Assembly: GCF_004010195.1 (NCBI RefSeq)
Contig: NC_057720.1
Span: 15,578,430-15,642,429 of the forward strand
Origin: Chiloscyllium plagiosum
Lineage: Eukaryota
DNA: 64,000 bases
Direction of reading: 5' to 3'
Shown: positions 12,985 to 26,339 of the stretch, piece after piece
Layout of the letters: each line of letters starts with the position of its first letter
Numbering within the stretch: the stretch's first letter is position 1
Notes under the pieces: generated by a model
Databases searched by the model: none
Told to the model about the DNA's origin: nothing
What the model saw: the letters and a program-made list of their open reading frames with translations, nothing else
Program-made: the position numbers and the translations under genes

Positions 12985-13212
12985 GGAGCTCTTTCAAATT
13001 ATTGCCCAGGGATCTTTAACCTTCATCCAAGCAGATAAGTGGGAATTTATTTTCATCTTTTATATGAAAGACAGCATCTCCAGTTGTGCAGCACTCCATC
13101 AGTATTGCACTGGATTGACACTGGTGACTTTTGTGCTCAAGTCCTGCAATGAGAGTTGAATCCAGGACCTTATGATTGAGAGGTTGGAGTAATATCAACC
13201 TAGCTATGGCTG
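12985..13212 (-). mobile_element. DeuSINE (SacSINE1/AmnSINE1-type Deu domain)
   Basis: The minus strand contains 'ccagtgcaatactgatggagtgctgcacaactggagatgctgtctttcat...gttaaagatccc', which resembles the Deu-domain core. Confidence 0.7.
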
Positions 13213-13496
13213 ATGCTCATGTGTTGGCAGTAAACATCATTGACTACTTGTTACAGTCAAATTCTGAGTAATGGCCAATTCTTCTTATGCAGCGATCCCA
13301 CCATTAATATGCAATGTGTAGCTTCATTCTAAACATCTTCTCAGGAGTATTCTTGATTTAATCTTTCTCATCAAATGGGATTGATTTCCAATCTGCCTAT
13401 CTAATAATACAATTGTTACTGGCTTGATTGGGTGTTTGGATGGCTGGAGTATGAGTTTGATCTGATGTAGTCATAAAGGCCTGTCTCCTTACCTTG

Positions 13497-13822
13497 CTAG
13501 GAGAAAGTGAGGTCTGCAGATGCTGGAGAGTCAGAATGGAAGAGTGGAACGCTGGAAAAGTACAGCCAGTCAGGGCAGCATGAGAGGAACAGGAGAATCG
13601 ATGTTTCGAGCATAAGCTCTTCATCAGGAATGTGANNNNNNNNNNNNNNNNNNNNNNNNNNNNNNNNNNNNNNNNNNNNNNNNNNNNNNNNNNNNNNNNN
13701 NNNNGGCAGAGAAGATGACCTGGGGGATGCAGTGAGAGAGAGACTCACTAAGATCCTTGTGGAGGGAGGAGGAGAACTTCTTCAAGGTGGGCATCCTTGG
13801 AAGAGGCTTCACAGTAAGGTTC
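13497..13822 (-). mobile_element. PLE fragment spanning an assembly gap
   Basis: Terminal repeat like 8180-8297. Hammerhead core CTGATGA-aGAGC-ttat-GCTC-GAAAC on the minus strand at 13603-13627. Confidence 0.8.
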
Positions 13823-16729
13823 CAGTGATGAAGAGAGAGTGAACCTTGCTGTCTTGTTTGTAGAGCGATGCCTTCAACCTGTACAAAAAACAACTTTCTT
13901 AATGAAGAGAGAGGATTATAGCTAATCACCTCACCTTAAATGATTTACAACCCTTTGAAAACATTGTACTGATTTTAGCCTCTTGTTCATATCCTGTCCT
14001 ACCATTTGTGGCTGTGCCTTCAGTCACTTGAGCCGTATTGTCCTGAATTCCCTTCTTAAAATATTTCACCTTTCTGACTTCCTGGAAGATGCTCTTCAAA
14101 GCCCAGTTAATTGAACGACCCACATTGAGATCACCTTGTATGGCTTTGCTTCAATTTTTATGCCTGTAAAGTACTTTTCCTACTTAAAAGATTCTCCATA
14201 AATGCAAGCTGTTTTTGTTGACTAATTAACAATTACACCAGTATCACAAACAGTCATTTGGCACATCTTATGAAGGCTTTATGGATACTTTCTAACATCC
14301 AGATCAACCATTCTGTCAGTGTCAGTGAAGCATGCTTTTGTAATATACTTTTATCAGGCATTATTCATTGATTAATGCAGTTTGAGATCTCTGCTATTTT
14401 TTAAAAGAATATGAATGTAAACAGTACAAGTCTCTCCTAAAATGTGGAAAATACCTCTTTAGAAGATTGTTAGGCAGTTCCCAAATGACCAAGTTACTGC
14501 AGGCACTCTTGCAATATATTTGAATTATGCCTGTTGTAAGTCGGGAAAAGTAAAAAATGTCACGTTTTTACACAGGCTTGCGTTTCCACACCACAAACAG
14601 AGCAAAGTACTGCCACAGAGAGGGCCACAATGTTAATGTGATTACTTTTTGATTGCCCTGTGAATGATTATATCTCTGCCTCATGTCTCTGTGGGGAAAA
14701 TGATGAGGCAGCGATGCAAATGTCTGTACTTGCCTAAAGGCCTCGACACAAACAAAGAGGACGAAAGGCCTACCAATAACTAATGATTTACTTCAGCTAT
14801 CATTATTACATTTCTTTGCAGGGGGAATCTTTCACTGCAATGCAATCATTATCACTTATGGAGATAGATCAGTCAATTTTGAAACACGTTATGGCTCAGT
14901 ATTTTGTAACACTGCACTCTAATTGAAATTATTTTCTAGGCGTCACAGGAAAGCGTTGCAATTTAACAAAACAGCCACATAATATTATTTGAACTGTTTC
15001 AGCAGGGAAGGTTATGGTCTTGTAAATAAGCTTTCTGTTTTTAATCTTAGAAACTTGTGCACTTAATCACCACCACAGTCATTAATTGCTCAAACCAGGC
15101 TATTTGCACAAACAGGCCAGTAAGCATTTAATTTTGTTGCAAATAACTTTGTAGTTATTACAATTTCTTGTCCTTTAAATTATTAATATGAGCAATTCTA
15201 TTGTATTTTTATAGGGTGCCAACAACTGACCCTGGATCTGCTTCTCACATATTACCACAAATTTACCCACCTTACCGGTTATTTCCTATGACGGGATTAA
15301 AGGGGATTAGGTTTTAGCTGTCAGCTGCCAGCTCATTTATTATTACTCTTAACAAGCTTCAAAGAGAGATACAATGAGTTCATTTTCCCTAGTCAGTTGA
15401 TTTGGAATACGCTCACTTTAATCTTTCTGTATAAATAGGCAAACAAAACAATACACTGTTCGTGTGCACTTATAAAACATTCAAGGATTATAAACTGGTG
15501 TCTAGACAAGAAAACCTAATATATGCAGATTTTTTAGAAATAGTTTCTAAAACATGTTTAAGTATTAGAAAATAGAATGAGTGGAAGTCCATTATAGATT
15601 CTATCATACTTGCAACAACTATTTGTGACAGAAAATATGGAGATATACAAACAGAACTAGCCAAACCCAACTTGTTGTCCTTCCTAATGCACTTGATCCA
15701 TTGTATCCATCAATACACCAGGTTTCCCCTTGCGCTGTTGACTTATATCATGCAAAATGGGATATTTGCAACAAAAAGGATTTGCAATCTTCTCGTGTAA
15801 AGGGAAGGGGAGGCTTGTTGTGATATAATTTATTGTGTCTCACCAGATATTGTGCATCCTTGCATACTGTATAAGAGTGCTGGACTATAAGATACCATCG
15901 CAGCTAAGTTACAATACTAGACAAAGCCGTGTTATAAATAGTTATCATGTTAAATGTCAAGTTGCTGTTACTTATTACATAGGGACTAGGAGCAGGAGTG
16001 GGCCATTCTGCCCTTTGAGCCTGCTCTACCATTTAATATGATCATGGTTGAACCTCTACCTCAATGCCATTTCTCACGCTCTCCCCACCTCCCTTGATGC
16101 CTTTCAAATCTAAAAGAGTATCTATTATTTTCTCTTGAAAGCAATGCCACGAGATCCTACAGCATTAGTAATCTCTCTCAGATGTGTCTTTTATTCATTA
16201 TTATTATGGCCACCATTTAATTATAACAGAGCAATTACAAACAATACAGTGATTATATCATTGAGAGACTAAATTCTATTCTGTGGCTGTCCAAAGCAGA
16301 GAGTTGTAAGAGCTGAAAGTACCCACTCACTGCAGTCTGTTGTTTTATAATTGCTTGTTGACTCCTCTGTATTGGCAATCCTTTCTGTTGCTGGCACGAC
16401 TAACAGTGCTGGGAATTTTAAACTTTCGGTTTTTATACATAATTTATCATTGAGCTATTCATATTCATGAGTTGCTGTATGATTGAGGAAATAAAGTGAG
16501 TGTCCATTCTATTGATTTTATGATCCCAATGTGATGCACTCTTCAATATTCACACATCATCTCATGCACTGTTGCACTGTTTGATCTGCTCTCGGATCTG
16601 AGACCTTCAAATATTAAAAGGCCAGTTGTACTAGAAAGTTGATGCTGATGCACTTTCTTAATCTTCCTCTTTAATCTTTCCAATGTTAGTGAAGAGCTGG
16701 ATACCCTTGCTGATATTCGTCTGAAGCAA

Positions 16730-16830
16730 AATGTTTCTGAAGAAGGGTCCGAAAACCTTAACTCAGCTTTCCCTCCACAGTTGCTACCAAACGTGCTGAG
16801 TTTCTCCAGCAATTTCTATCTATGTTTCTG
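16730..16830 (+). mobile_element. PLE terminal-repeat remnant
   Basis: CTGAAGA-agggtcc-GAAAAC with a deleted helix II, then 'ctgctgagtttctccagc'-type tail. Confidence 0.6.
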
Positions 16831-17096
16831 TCATTACTAGTGAGTGTAGCTCTGTGTTGTCAGGCCACATTAAGTGGGCAGTATAACTTGGGTCTCCTGG
16901 TTTATTCAAGTAATGGTCTCAAGCTCAGAGTAGGTGGTGAGCAATCTTTAAAAAACCCTACAACATCAATTTGTCAAAATCATCTTTGCAAATGGATGGC
17001 TTTGATACTCATGTGTAACTCATCAATTTATAGCATTTTGATTTCAAACTTCAAAGAATTTGTCTACTGCCTCATGTAATCCTGAAATTGAAGCAA

Positions 17097-17740
17097 GAAC
17101 ATAGAACATAGAACAGTGAAGCACACAGGAACAGACCCTTCGGCCCATGATGTTGTGCAAAACATGACACCAAATTAAACAAATCCCTTCTGTCCTGTCC
17201 TTGGTCCATTTGCATCCATTCCTTGCATATCCATATGTTTATCTAAAAGTTCCTTGGACACCTCTATCATATTTGCCTCCTGACAGAGCTTTCCCAGACT
17301 CCTACCACTCTCCGTGTAGAAAACCTGCCCCTGACATCTCCCCTAGTTTAAGATGTTTCAACTATAGGATAAAGCTTCTGACCATCAACGCTATCTATGC
17401 ATCTCATAATTTTATAGACTTCTATCAAGGCTTCCTTTAGCCTCCAGAGAAAACAACCTGAGTTTTTCTAGCCTCTCCCTGTAGCTCATACCCTGTAATC
17501 CAGGTAGCATCTTGTAAACTTCTGCACTCTTTCCAAGGCCTTCACATCCTTTCTGTGATGCAGGGACCACAATTTAACACAATATTCTAAGAGTTCTCTC
17601 ACCAAAGTCTTATAAAGCTGCAACTTGACATCCTGACTCTTATAATCAATTCCCCGACCGATAAAGGCACATATGCCTTTCACCTTCTCTACCACCCTAT
17701 CTGCTGGCATGGCCACTTGAACCCCACGATTTCTCTGTAC
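17097..17740 (-). mobile_element. CR1 LINE 3' fragment with (TTCTATG)n tail
   Basis: ORF 17486-17716 (LQLYKTLVRELLEYCVKLWS). Repeat gaacatagaacatagaac at the end. Confidence 0.85.
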
Positions 17741-19107
17741 ATCACCTGTACATTAGCTTTTATCAGACTGGTGGTGGCTGGTTCATTTTGAGGGTTTCAG
17801 GTTCAAGATAACAACTACAGTGGCACAGGTAGAGTTCCCCTTTTGGATGAGGGTAGAATTGGGATCTACTCCTTGCATTACCTGAGAGTAGTGGGAAAAG
17901 ACAAATCATCACTAACATGAATACATTACCCAGGGAACAGCTCAGGATGAAGAATCACTTGACAGTGAGCCAATCCACCTGCCTTTGGGCAGGGAACATG
18001 CAACGTACCATCAGTATGTGTTGGCATCCAATTAAAACCATACCACAATCTTAACGAAAACAGTGTAACATGTGGACCAAGCCATCAAAATGTTTTTTTC
18101 TGTGTGGCTGGCTGTGTGGAAGGCGAATAGAAATAGCAGCACTGCTGTGGGATGATCTGTATTGCCAGTTAGTGATGGTCTGGTGATCAAACTGTATTTG
18201 TACTGGTTGCACTTGCTTTGTTTTACTCCTGAAGCCAATTGAGGTTTTATTCCTTTCCCCATTACGCTGACATGAGGAGGACGGTTGCACATTTATTTTG
18301 GATAATTTTGGTTATCATTTTAATAATATTAAGGTTATAAGAATTATTCAAGAAGCCACCTTGACTCTTTGCAAATGGCGGCATGCATTTTCAAAACATT
18401 TGAACATCGTTGCTTGTTTTTGTATAAAACGCCTATTTCCCTCTGTTGCATTATATGAATTGCACAGAGTATAAGTTTCAGAAGGCAGTGCTGAGAGTTT
18501 TCCAATCGTGAGTACACAAGAGACCAATATCTGTTGGTCCTGTCTAGGTGCAGTCTATTTAATCTCCTACAGTGCGTGGAAATGATGTTCAGAGTCTCTC
18601 TGATCCCATGCCCATGCTTGGTTCTGCATGTAGTGACAAGCAAGTGGCACAAGGTCCTGAGATTATTTTTGAGATGTGTTATGGTAGACTGCTGATCAAG
18701 GCAATCCATGAGAAAACACTATTTTCTGGTGCGAAAAACCATCACCTTTCTTACATATTTCTTCTATCAATTTTCTCCATTCGAACCCACTTAGATCTGG
18801 GAGGTTAAACTTGTATCCTTCATTATGATTGAAAGTTTCCACGTTGAGTGTGGAAAATTCGAATAAAATGTGTTAGAATACATTTGTTCAGCTAGAATAT
18901 TTACTTTCATCTTGGCATCTTCAATGGCTGAATCCATCATATTATACAGTACATTATAGATACCCAGGGAGTTCAAAGTAATTATTCTCTATGTTACACG
19001 CCAAAACAACTTTGTTATCTGAAAAACTCTGTTGGACATAAGTGATTTCGGGTGATTCAGGGTGCTATGACAATAAGCATTTTCTTTATTCATAAACCAT
19101 TCTTGAC

Positions 19108-19465
19108 ATTGAGGGGTGACCTCATAGAGGTTTATAAAATCATGAGGGGCATAGATGACAAGGGTCTTTTCCCTAGCATGGGGGATTTCAAAACTAGGGG
19201 ACATATTTTTAAAGTGAGTGGAGAAAGATTTAAAATGCACATGACAGGCAACTTTTTTATACAGAGAGTGGTTTGTATGTGAAAAGAAGTGATGGATGCA
19301 GATACAGTTACAATATTTAAAGGAGATCTAGATAACTACATGAATAGGAACGGTTTGGAGGGATATGGCCAAATGCAGACAAGTGGTATTACTTTGGTTT
19401 GGGAACATGGTCAGCATGGACTAGATGGACTGAAGGGTCTGCTTCCATACTGTATGACTCCATGC
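19108..19465 (+). mobile_element. CR1 3' fragment
   Basis: Peptides LRGDLIEVYKIMRG and NFFIQRVV. Confidence 0.85.
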
Positions 19466-19489
19466 AACAGTCAATGATATTTAATAACC

Positions 19490-20040
19490 AGAAATGGGTA
19501 GGTTAGGAATACTGCGGAGAGTAATTCATCCCCTGACTCCACAAAGCCTGTCCACTATCTACAAGGCAAAAGTCAGGAGTGCGATGGCATACTCTGCACT
19601 TACCTGGATGAGTGCAGCCCCAATAAAACTCAGGAAGCTTGACACCATCCAAAGCAAAGCATCATGCTTGATTGGCACCACATCCACAAGCATCCACTCC
19701 CTCCACCACTGATGCTCAGCAGTACCAGTGTGTACTATGTACAAGACACACTGCAGACATTCACCAAAGATCCTCAGACCCCACCTTCCAAACCCACAAC
19801 CAGCAGATATATGGAACCACGACCACCTTCAAGTTTCCCTTCAAGCCACTCACCATCCCTTCATTGTTGCTGGGTGAAAATCCTGGAATTTGGTCCCTAA
19901 TGGTATTGAGGGTGAACCCACAGCAGCTGGACTGCAGCAGTCAAGAAGGCAGCTCACCATCACCCTCTCAGGGAAAACTAGGGTTGGGTAATAAATGCTG
20001 GCCCAGCCAGTGACACCCATATCCCACAAAATGAATTTTA
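19490..20040 (+). mobile_element. L2/CR1-like LINE 3' fragment
   Basis: Peptide RLGILRRVIHPLTPQSLSTIYKAKVRS and tail 'aataaatgctggcccagccag'. Confidence 0.8.
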
Positions 20041-20409
20041 AAAAAGGGCTATGTGGTCCCTTTAAAACCTTGTTGAGCTAAATGAGAAATTTTCAGCAAG
20101 AGCCAGCAGTTTGTGAATTGGATTGTTATGAGAGTGGGATTAGATGTGGTTCATAGAGGATAACTTTAATGTGAAACTCATACCTGCTAAATATTTTGAT
20201 GACCATTGGAACCATCCATGATGTCTTTGATAGATTCATTGCCACCAATCCTTCTTCTTATGATGTAAATAGATATTTGGGAATTGTGAAATACGAAGGG
20301 GCATGGGAATCCTTGTACACGTTGCTGCTCATGCATGCTTGCTTTTAATCAGTTAGAAAGATAAATGGTATGTTGGCCTTCATTGTCAGAGGGTTTGAGT
20401 ACTGGAACA

Positions 20410-21245
20410 AGAAGTTTACTGCAGGAGCAAATTACTGCAGATGCAGGAGTCTGTACAAAATCTGCTGGCAATGACAGCAGGTCAGGCAGCATCCATGGAG
20501 AGAGAGAGCCAGCTAACGTTTCAAGTCTAGCTGACTCTTCATCAGAGCTGACATGAAGTGTGGAAGGGGCAGCATTCATGCAGTGGTGGGGGGAGGTGGA
20601 GTGCTGGGGAAGAAACAGTATTGATAGAGTAGATTAAGTGATTAGAATGTGAGAATGGCACAACAATGGTGTGTCTAACTGCCAAACAGGAAAGAGCAGA
20701 CAGTCCCACTGGAGTGGGAGGAGTGGAGAGAGGCAAAAACAATGACTACAGATGCTGGAAACCAGATTCTGGATTAGTGGTGCTGGAAGAGCACAGCAAT
20801 TCAGGCAGCATCTGGACAAGTCATGGGGACAGTGCTGAGCTGGAAGTTTGGAACTAGGGTGAGGTGGGGGAAGGGGAAATGAGGAAACTGTTGAAGTCCA
20901 CATTGATGCCCTGGGGTTGAAGTGTTCCGAGGCGGAAGATGAGGCGTTCTTCCTCCAGGCATCTGGTCGTGAGGGAGCAGCAGTGGAGGAGGCCCAGGGC
21001 CTCCTTGTCCTCGGCAGAGTGGGAGGGGGAGTTGAAATGTTGGGCACACTGCCCCGCTGGTGCTCTTCCAGCACCACTAATTCAGGAGTGGAGAGAGGAC
21101 ATGGTGACAGAGAATACAACAACTGAAGCCAAAAGAAAAGGAAGGAATGGGAGTAGGTTCACAATCTGAAGGTGCTGAACTCCATATTAAATCCAGAAGA
21201 TTGTGAAGTGCTTGTTTTGAAGATGAGATGTTGCTCCTCCAGTTT
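20410..21245 (-). mobile_element. PLE with a second PLE nested at 20734-21083
   Basis: The outer element resembles 30690-31460. The inner element has a GIY-YIG C-terminus and inverted ends, with 15-bp TSD aggagtggagagagg (20719-20733, 21084-21098). Confidence 0.85.
20510..20550 (-). ncRNA. Minimal type-I hammerhead ribozyme motif (PLE-associated), apparently intact
   Basis: Minus strand reads CAGCU CUGAUGA A GAGUC agcua GACUU GAAA C GUU AGCUG. This gives helix I CAGCU/AGCUG, helix II, the catalytic core, a palindromic AACGUU helix III and a GUU cleavage triplet. Confidence 0.75.
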
Positions 21246-21254
21246 GTGCTAATG

Positions 21255-21485
21255 TTTTCATGCAGAGGGTGGGGCGTGTATGGAATGAGCTGCCAGAGGA
21301 AGTGGTGGAGGCTGGTACAAATATACCATTTAAAAGGCATCTGAATGGATATATGAATAGGAAGGGTTTAGAGGGATATGAGCCAAATGCTGGCAAATGG
21401 GACTAGATTAGGTTCGGATATCTCGTCAGCATGGACGAGTTGGACTAAAGGGTCTGTTTCTGTGCTGTACATCTCTATGACTCAC
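21255..21485 (+). mobile_element. HER1/CR1 3' tail
   Basis: Matches 3425-3650. Confidence 0.85.
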
Positions 21486-21559
21486 TGGACCATTACAGCA
21501 TACTGTGGACAGACAGGTGGGCAAGTGAGCAGGACTGTGTTAAAATGAACAGCCACAGG

Positions 21560-22505
21560 AAATTCAGGGTCGTTGTTACACATGGATTCCAACACCTGTC
21601 CTGCGCTGCCTTCCCCTTTCTGCCTCTTGGACCCCATCCACCCTGTCACTCAGAGTTGATCCCTTACTGTCCCTTAGGACCCACCCCCTTCCAGCGCTCA
21701 GATGTCATTCCAGAGGCCACTCAACCAAACCCAGCTTTTGCTATGTGTTCACCATACCTCCTGACCTTCCCTTGTCTGAGGGTCAATGTGCTGTCCCCAG
21801 CAAAGGGCTCTGCTTCATATTCCTATGCTCCCACCGTAATAAATTTCAGGCTCGATATGACGTTGAACTGCATTTCCACTGTCTCCGTCTCTGCACTCAC
21901 CTCTTCTTCAGACAGGAATCCCCGCCCCCCCCATTTCACTGACCCTTCACCCACCTCCAATATTCACCCTTCACTTGGAGCCCTTCTTCCGGCCTCTTAT
22001 CCGCCTTCGATCTCTTCATTGAAAACTGTCAGTGTGACATTGGCTGTCGCAATCTCTCTGTCACTCTAACTCACTCTAACCTGTCCCCTTCTGAAGTTGC
22101 TGCACTGCACTCTCTCAGGTCCAACCCTAACGTTGTTATCAAACCCGCTGACAGAGGTGCTGCTGTTGTAGTTTGGTGCACTGATCTTTACCTTGTGGAG
22201 GCTCTACGCCAACTCTCGGACACTTCTTCCTACTTCTCCCAGGACCATGACCCCAGATCAGAACATCAAGACATTGTTGAAAGGACTGTCACTGACTTTA
22301 TTACCTCTGGAGATCTTCCCTGCTGACTGCCTCCAACCTAGTCGTCTCCTAACCCCTAGACAGCCCATTTTGACCTTCTTCTCAAAATCCACAAACCAGA
22401 ATACCCAGATAGGCCCAAGGTATCCCCCGGTTCCTGCCCTACCGAGCACATTTCCTCCTACCTTGATTCCATGCTCTGTCTCCATGTCCAGACCCTGTCC
22501 AGCTA
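21560..22505 (+). mobile_element. Degenerate PLE reverse transcriptase, N-terminal region
   Basis: Frameshifted motifs SKGLCFI, VIKPADRGAAVVVW (about 22135-22178) and LLKIHKPEYPDRP (about 22375-22415). Confidence 0.8.
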
Positions 22506-22721
22506 TGTCCATGAGTATCCCATTGTCAGTTTTGATGTTTTGTTGAGTGAGATTCATGATGCCCAGTCTGCCATGGCTTGGTGCGATTTTTCTCACACAA
22601 CCGCCCACTCCTCAGTTCATTAATTATGCAGTCAGACTCTTGGCACTTTCCTCGGGGGAATAGTATAGCAGGAGGGGTGGAAGTGCTCATCATTGCCAGG
22701 ACCCTCCGGTGTTGATACATG

Positions 22722-23865
22722 AGAGATTGGTTAGCAAGGTTAGATCTCATGGAATACAGGGAGAACTAGCCATTTGGATGCAGAACTGGCTCAAAGGTAG
22801 AACACAGAGGGTGGTGGTGGAGGGTTGCTTTTCAGACTGGAGGCCTGTGACCAGTGGAGTGCCGCAAGGATCGGTGCTGTGACCACTACTTTTCATCATT
22901 TATATAAAAGATTTGGATGTGGGCATAAGAGGTATAGTTCGTGCGTTTGCAGATGACACCAACATTGGAGGTATAATGGACAGCGAAGAAAGTTACCTCA
23001 GCTTACAACAGGATCTTGATCAGATGGGCCAGTGGGCTGAGCAGTGGCAGATGTTGTATAATTTAGATAAATGTGAGGTGCTGCATTTTGGGAAAGTAAA
23101 TCTTAGCATGACTTATATACTTAATGGTAAGGTCCTAAGGAGTGTTACTGAAAAAACAGACCTTGGAGTGCAGGTTCGTAGCTCCTTGAAAGTGGAGTCG
23201 CAAGTCGATAGGATAGTGAAGAAAGCGTTTGGTATGCTTTCCTTTATTGGGCAGAGTATTGAGTACAGGAGTTAGGAGGTCATGTTGCGGCTGTACAGGA
23301 CGTTGGTTAGATCACTGTTGGAATATTGTGTGCAATTCTGGTCTCTTTCCTGTCGGAAGGATATTGTGAAACTTGAAAGGTTTCAGGAAAGATTTACAAG
23401 GGTGTTGCCAGGTTTGGAGGGTTTGAGCTATAGGGAGAGGTTGAACAGGCGTGGGCTGTTTTCCCTGGAGCATCAGAGGCTCAGGGGCGACCTTATAGAG
23501 GTTTATAAAATCATGTGGGGCATGGATAGGGTAAATAGACAAGGTCTTTTCTCTGGAGTGGGGGAGTCCAGAAGTCGAGGGCATAAGTTTAGGGTGAGAG
23601 GGGAAAGATATAAAAGCGACCTAAGGGGAGACCTTTTCATGCAACGAGCGGTACTTGTATGGAATGAGCTGCCAGAGGATGTGGTGGAGGCTGGTACAAT
23701 TGCAACATTTAAAAGGCATCTGGAAGGGTATATGAATAGGAAGGGTTTGGAGGGATATGGGCAGAGTGCTAGCAGGTGGGACTAGATTGGTTTAGGATAT
23801 CTGGTCGGCATGGATGAGTTGGACCGAAGGGTCTGTTTCCATGCTGTACGTCTGTATGACTCTAA
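22722..23865 (+). mobile_element. CR1/HER1 LINE, 5'-truncated
   Basis: RT motifs GVPQGSVL and FADDT (ORFs 22913-23275, 23282-23785), followed by the HER1 tail. Confidence 0.95.
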
Positions 23866-24254
23866 TTGTTGGCCAATGTTTCACTGCCTTGAGAAGTGAT
23901 TTTATTTTCTACCTCTACCACATGCCACACCTCCCCAACAAATTTTCACTCAATTTCGATTCTGTATTGCCAAATACAAAATCGGACCACAAGCCAACAC
24001 TATCAATTAGATATTGAACAGAAAAGAGTTTTGCATTAAAAACAATTCTATGATATATTGAAGAGTGGCAACTTGGCATAGTTTCATTAATACAATGGAC
24101 AGTGGGTTTATCATAAAGATGAAATATATTAAATTACAGTGACAAACAGCCAGTCAAGATTTAGCTGATTTTAGTTTATTGTTAATTTTCAATAATATAG
24201 ACATTTACTAAATTTATCATCTGTTTCTTTGTAAATTAACGTAATGACATTCAA

Positions 24255-24415
24255 CAGGTTAGGTGAATTGGCCATGCTAAATTGCCCATAGTGTTAGGTG
24301 CAATAGTCAGGGGGAATGGGTCTGGGTGGGTTACTCTTCAGAGGGTCAGTGTGGACTTGTTGGGCCGAAGGGCTGTTTCCACACTGTAAATAATCTAAGC
24401 TAATCTAAAAAAAAA
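24255..24415 (+). mobile_element. HE1 SINE, 3' half
   Basis: 'aggttaggtgaattggccatgctaaattgccc...tgtttccacactgt' plus (taatc)n tail. Confidence 0.85.
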
Positions 24416-24932
24416 GCTTTTCGACCATATTCCGACACCCAGAAAAGAATAAATTTAACTTGTAGAGCCTTCTCAAAGATCTGAAAGTGGACACGATCTG
24501 CAGAAATTCCCAATGGTGATTGCTTTTACTAGCAGCCAGGTTTATAGGCAGGGCTGGCATCTGTACGATATTTTTAAACTTTGTGCAAAGATTTTAGAGA
24601 GAAAACGTGCGCACAGTCCAACTTACTTTAAATGCCCCGTGATCTTTAACGCTGGCTCATCTGATTTTGGGCAAATTGTTCAGATGAAAGCACTGAACAA
24701 AAAAAATCCATCCAAGAAATATTGCTTTGGAGGTCGGGTACCCAGGGAATGGTTGCAGGGGTGAGCAAAAACATTCATGTGAACTGACTGGAGAAGCTGT
24801 TCTTTGTGGAGTATAGACAGTGAAGGGATTTCATGGAGATGTTTAAAATCGTGAAATGTTTAGACAGAGCAAATATAGTGAGACAGTTTCGGATGGCTGC
24901 ATAGTGAATAATATACGTCACAAGTTTAAAAT

Positions 24933-25653
24933 CGACAAGCAGGAGGCTGGAAGAACACATCAAGCCAAGCAGCATCATGAGGTGGAGAAGTCAATGTTTT
25001 GCGTGGAAGAGGAGCTGCGGATAAAGCTGTATCCGGTGTTCCCCATGTTGTCTTCTCCGCATCAGTGAGACTGACCATAACCTAAGTGAACATTTCACCG
25101 AGAATCTCAGCCAGGCCCACAGGGGCCGACCAGCCCTCCCAGTCACCACCCATTTTAATTCCCCCTTCCACTCCCTTTCCAACATGACCATCCTTGGCCT
25201 CTTCCATTGCCACAATGAATCAAACCGCAAATTGAGGAACAACATCTTATCTTCCGCTTGGGCAGACTGCAGTTCAGAGGACTCCAATTTAAAATAACCT
25301 CTCTTCTCATCCCCCGCCTGCCTTCTCAGCCCCTCCCCCTCCATTCCATTCCTCTGATTGACCCTTCCTTCCAGCCACCAACCAGATTCATTTCTCCCAT
25401 CGACCAACCAGTCTTACTCCTTACCTGTGTTCACCTATCCCTATCTCACCACCCCACCCCTTTCCCCACTCAAAACCCTCTCCCACCTGTCTCTTTATCT
25501 GCAGTTCCCCCCACACCCACCCCCAGCCCTGAAAGAGGGTTACACCCGAAACATTGACTTCTCCACCTCCTAATGCTGCCTGGCTTGCTGTGTTCTGCTG
25601 GCCTCCTGCTTGTCAACTTTGGGTTCCAGCATCTGCAGTTTCTTTGTTCCTAA
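24933..25653 (+). mobile_element. PLE (GIY-YIG fragment) with inverted 5' terminal repeat, inserted in an old CR1 tail
   Basis: GIY-YIG remnants (HFNSPFHS, RKLRNNILSS). TSD acaagtttaaaat at 24920-24932 and 25654-25666. Degenerate hammerhead core at 25529-25552. Confidence 0.85.
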
Positions 25654-25910
25654 ACAAGTTTAAAATGACTGGCAACAGAGTCAGAGCCAACCTGTGGAAA
25701 AAAAGTTTCACACAATGAGTGATGAAGAATTTGAACTTATCGCCTGAGTGGGAAGAGTGTCAACAGTAGGTTCGAAAAGGAATTGGTTGAAAATGTGAAG
25801 GAGAAACCTGCAGGGTAATGATGAATAAACAGAAACTGCCACTAATAATATTCACCTTTGAAAGAGTCAATGCAGATGTGATGGGCCGAATGGCATCCTT
25901 ATATACTGTA

Positions 25911-26125
25911 CCGTCAATTCTGCTATAACGTGTTTCTTCAATGTGAATTGGCTTTAACGCGATTGAAAAATTTAGACCGTTATTTGTAGAACGCGAGCTT
26001 TCTTTACATGTATTGGCCATAACATGATTCCGACCGCATTTGTTTAAATGGCATGGTTGTTGTACGATTTTCTTAACTCGAGATTGCATGAGAACAGAAC
26101 TATCGCATTACATCCGAACCGACTG
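25911..26125. mobile_element. TcMar/Tigger-like MITE
   Basis: TA|ccgtcaattc...gaaccgactg|TA: degenerate TIRs with a TA TSD. Confidence 0.55.
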
Positions 26126-26339
26126 TATTATTGTACAGTCTTGTCTGTGCCTTATACGTTGTTCTGTGCACTTTTATGATTAACATGAAATGCTCCCTGA
26201 CAGTGGGCTACCAATGGGAATGAAATAACAGAGTTCAGTCTTACTTCCCTGTATATAAAAAAAGTCCTCACTTTTCCTTCTTATATCTGCAACATATTTT
26301 GTCAATTAACAGACTTGTTGCTGCTACCTGTTGGTTTAT

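Noticed and set aside
18572..18808. Possible exon or ORF after a pyrimidine-rich acceptor
   Set aside because: There is no good donor site and no recognisable peptide.
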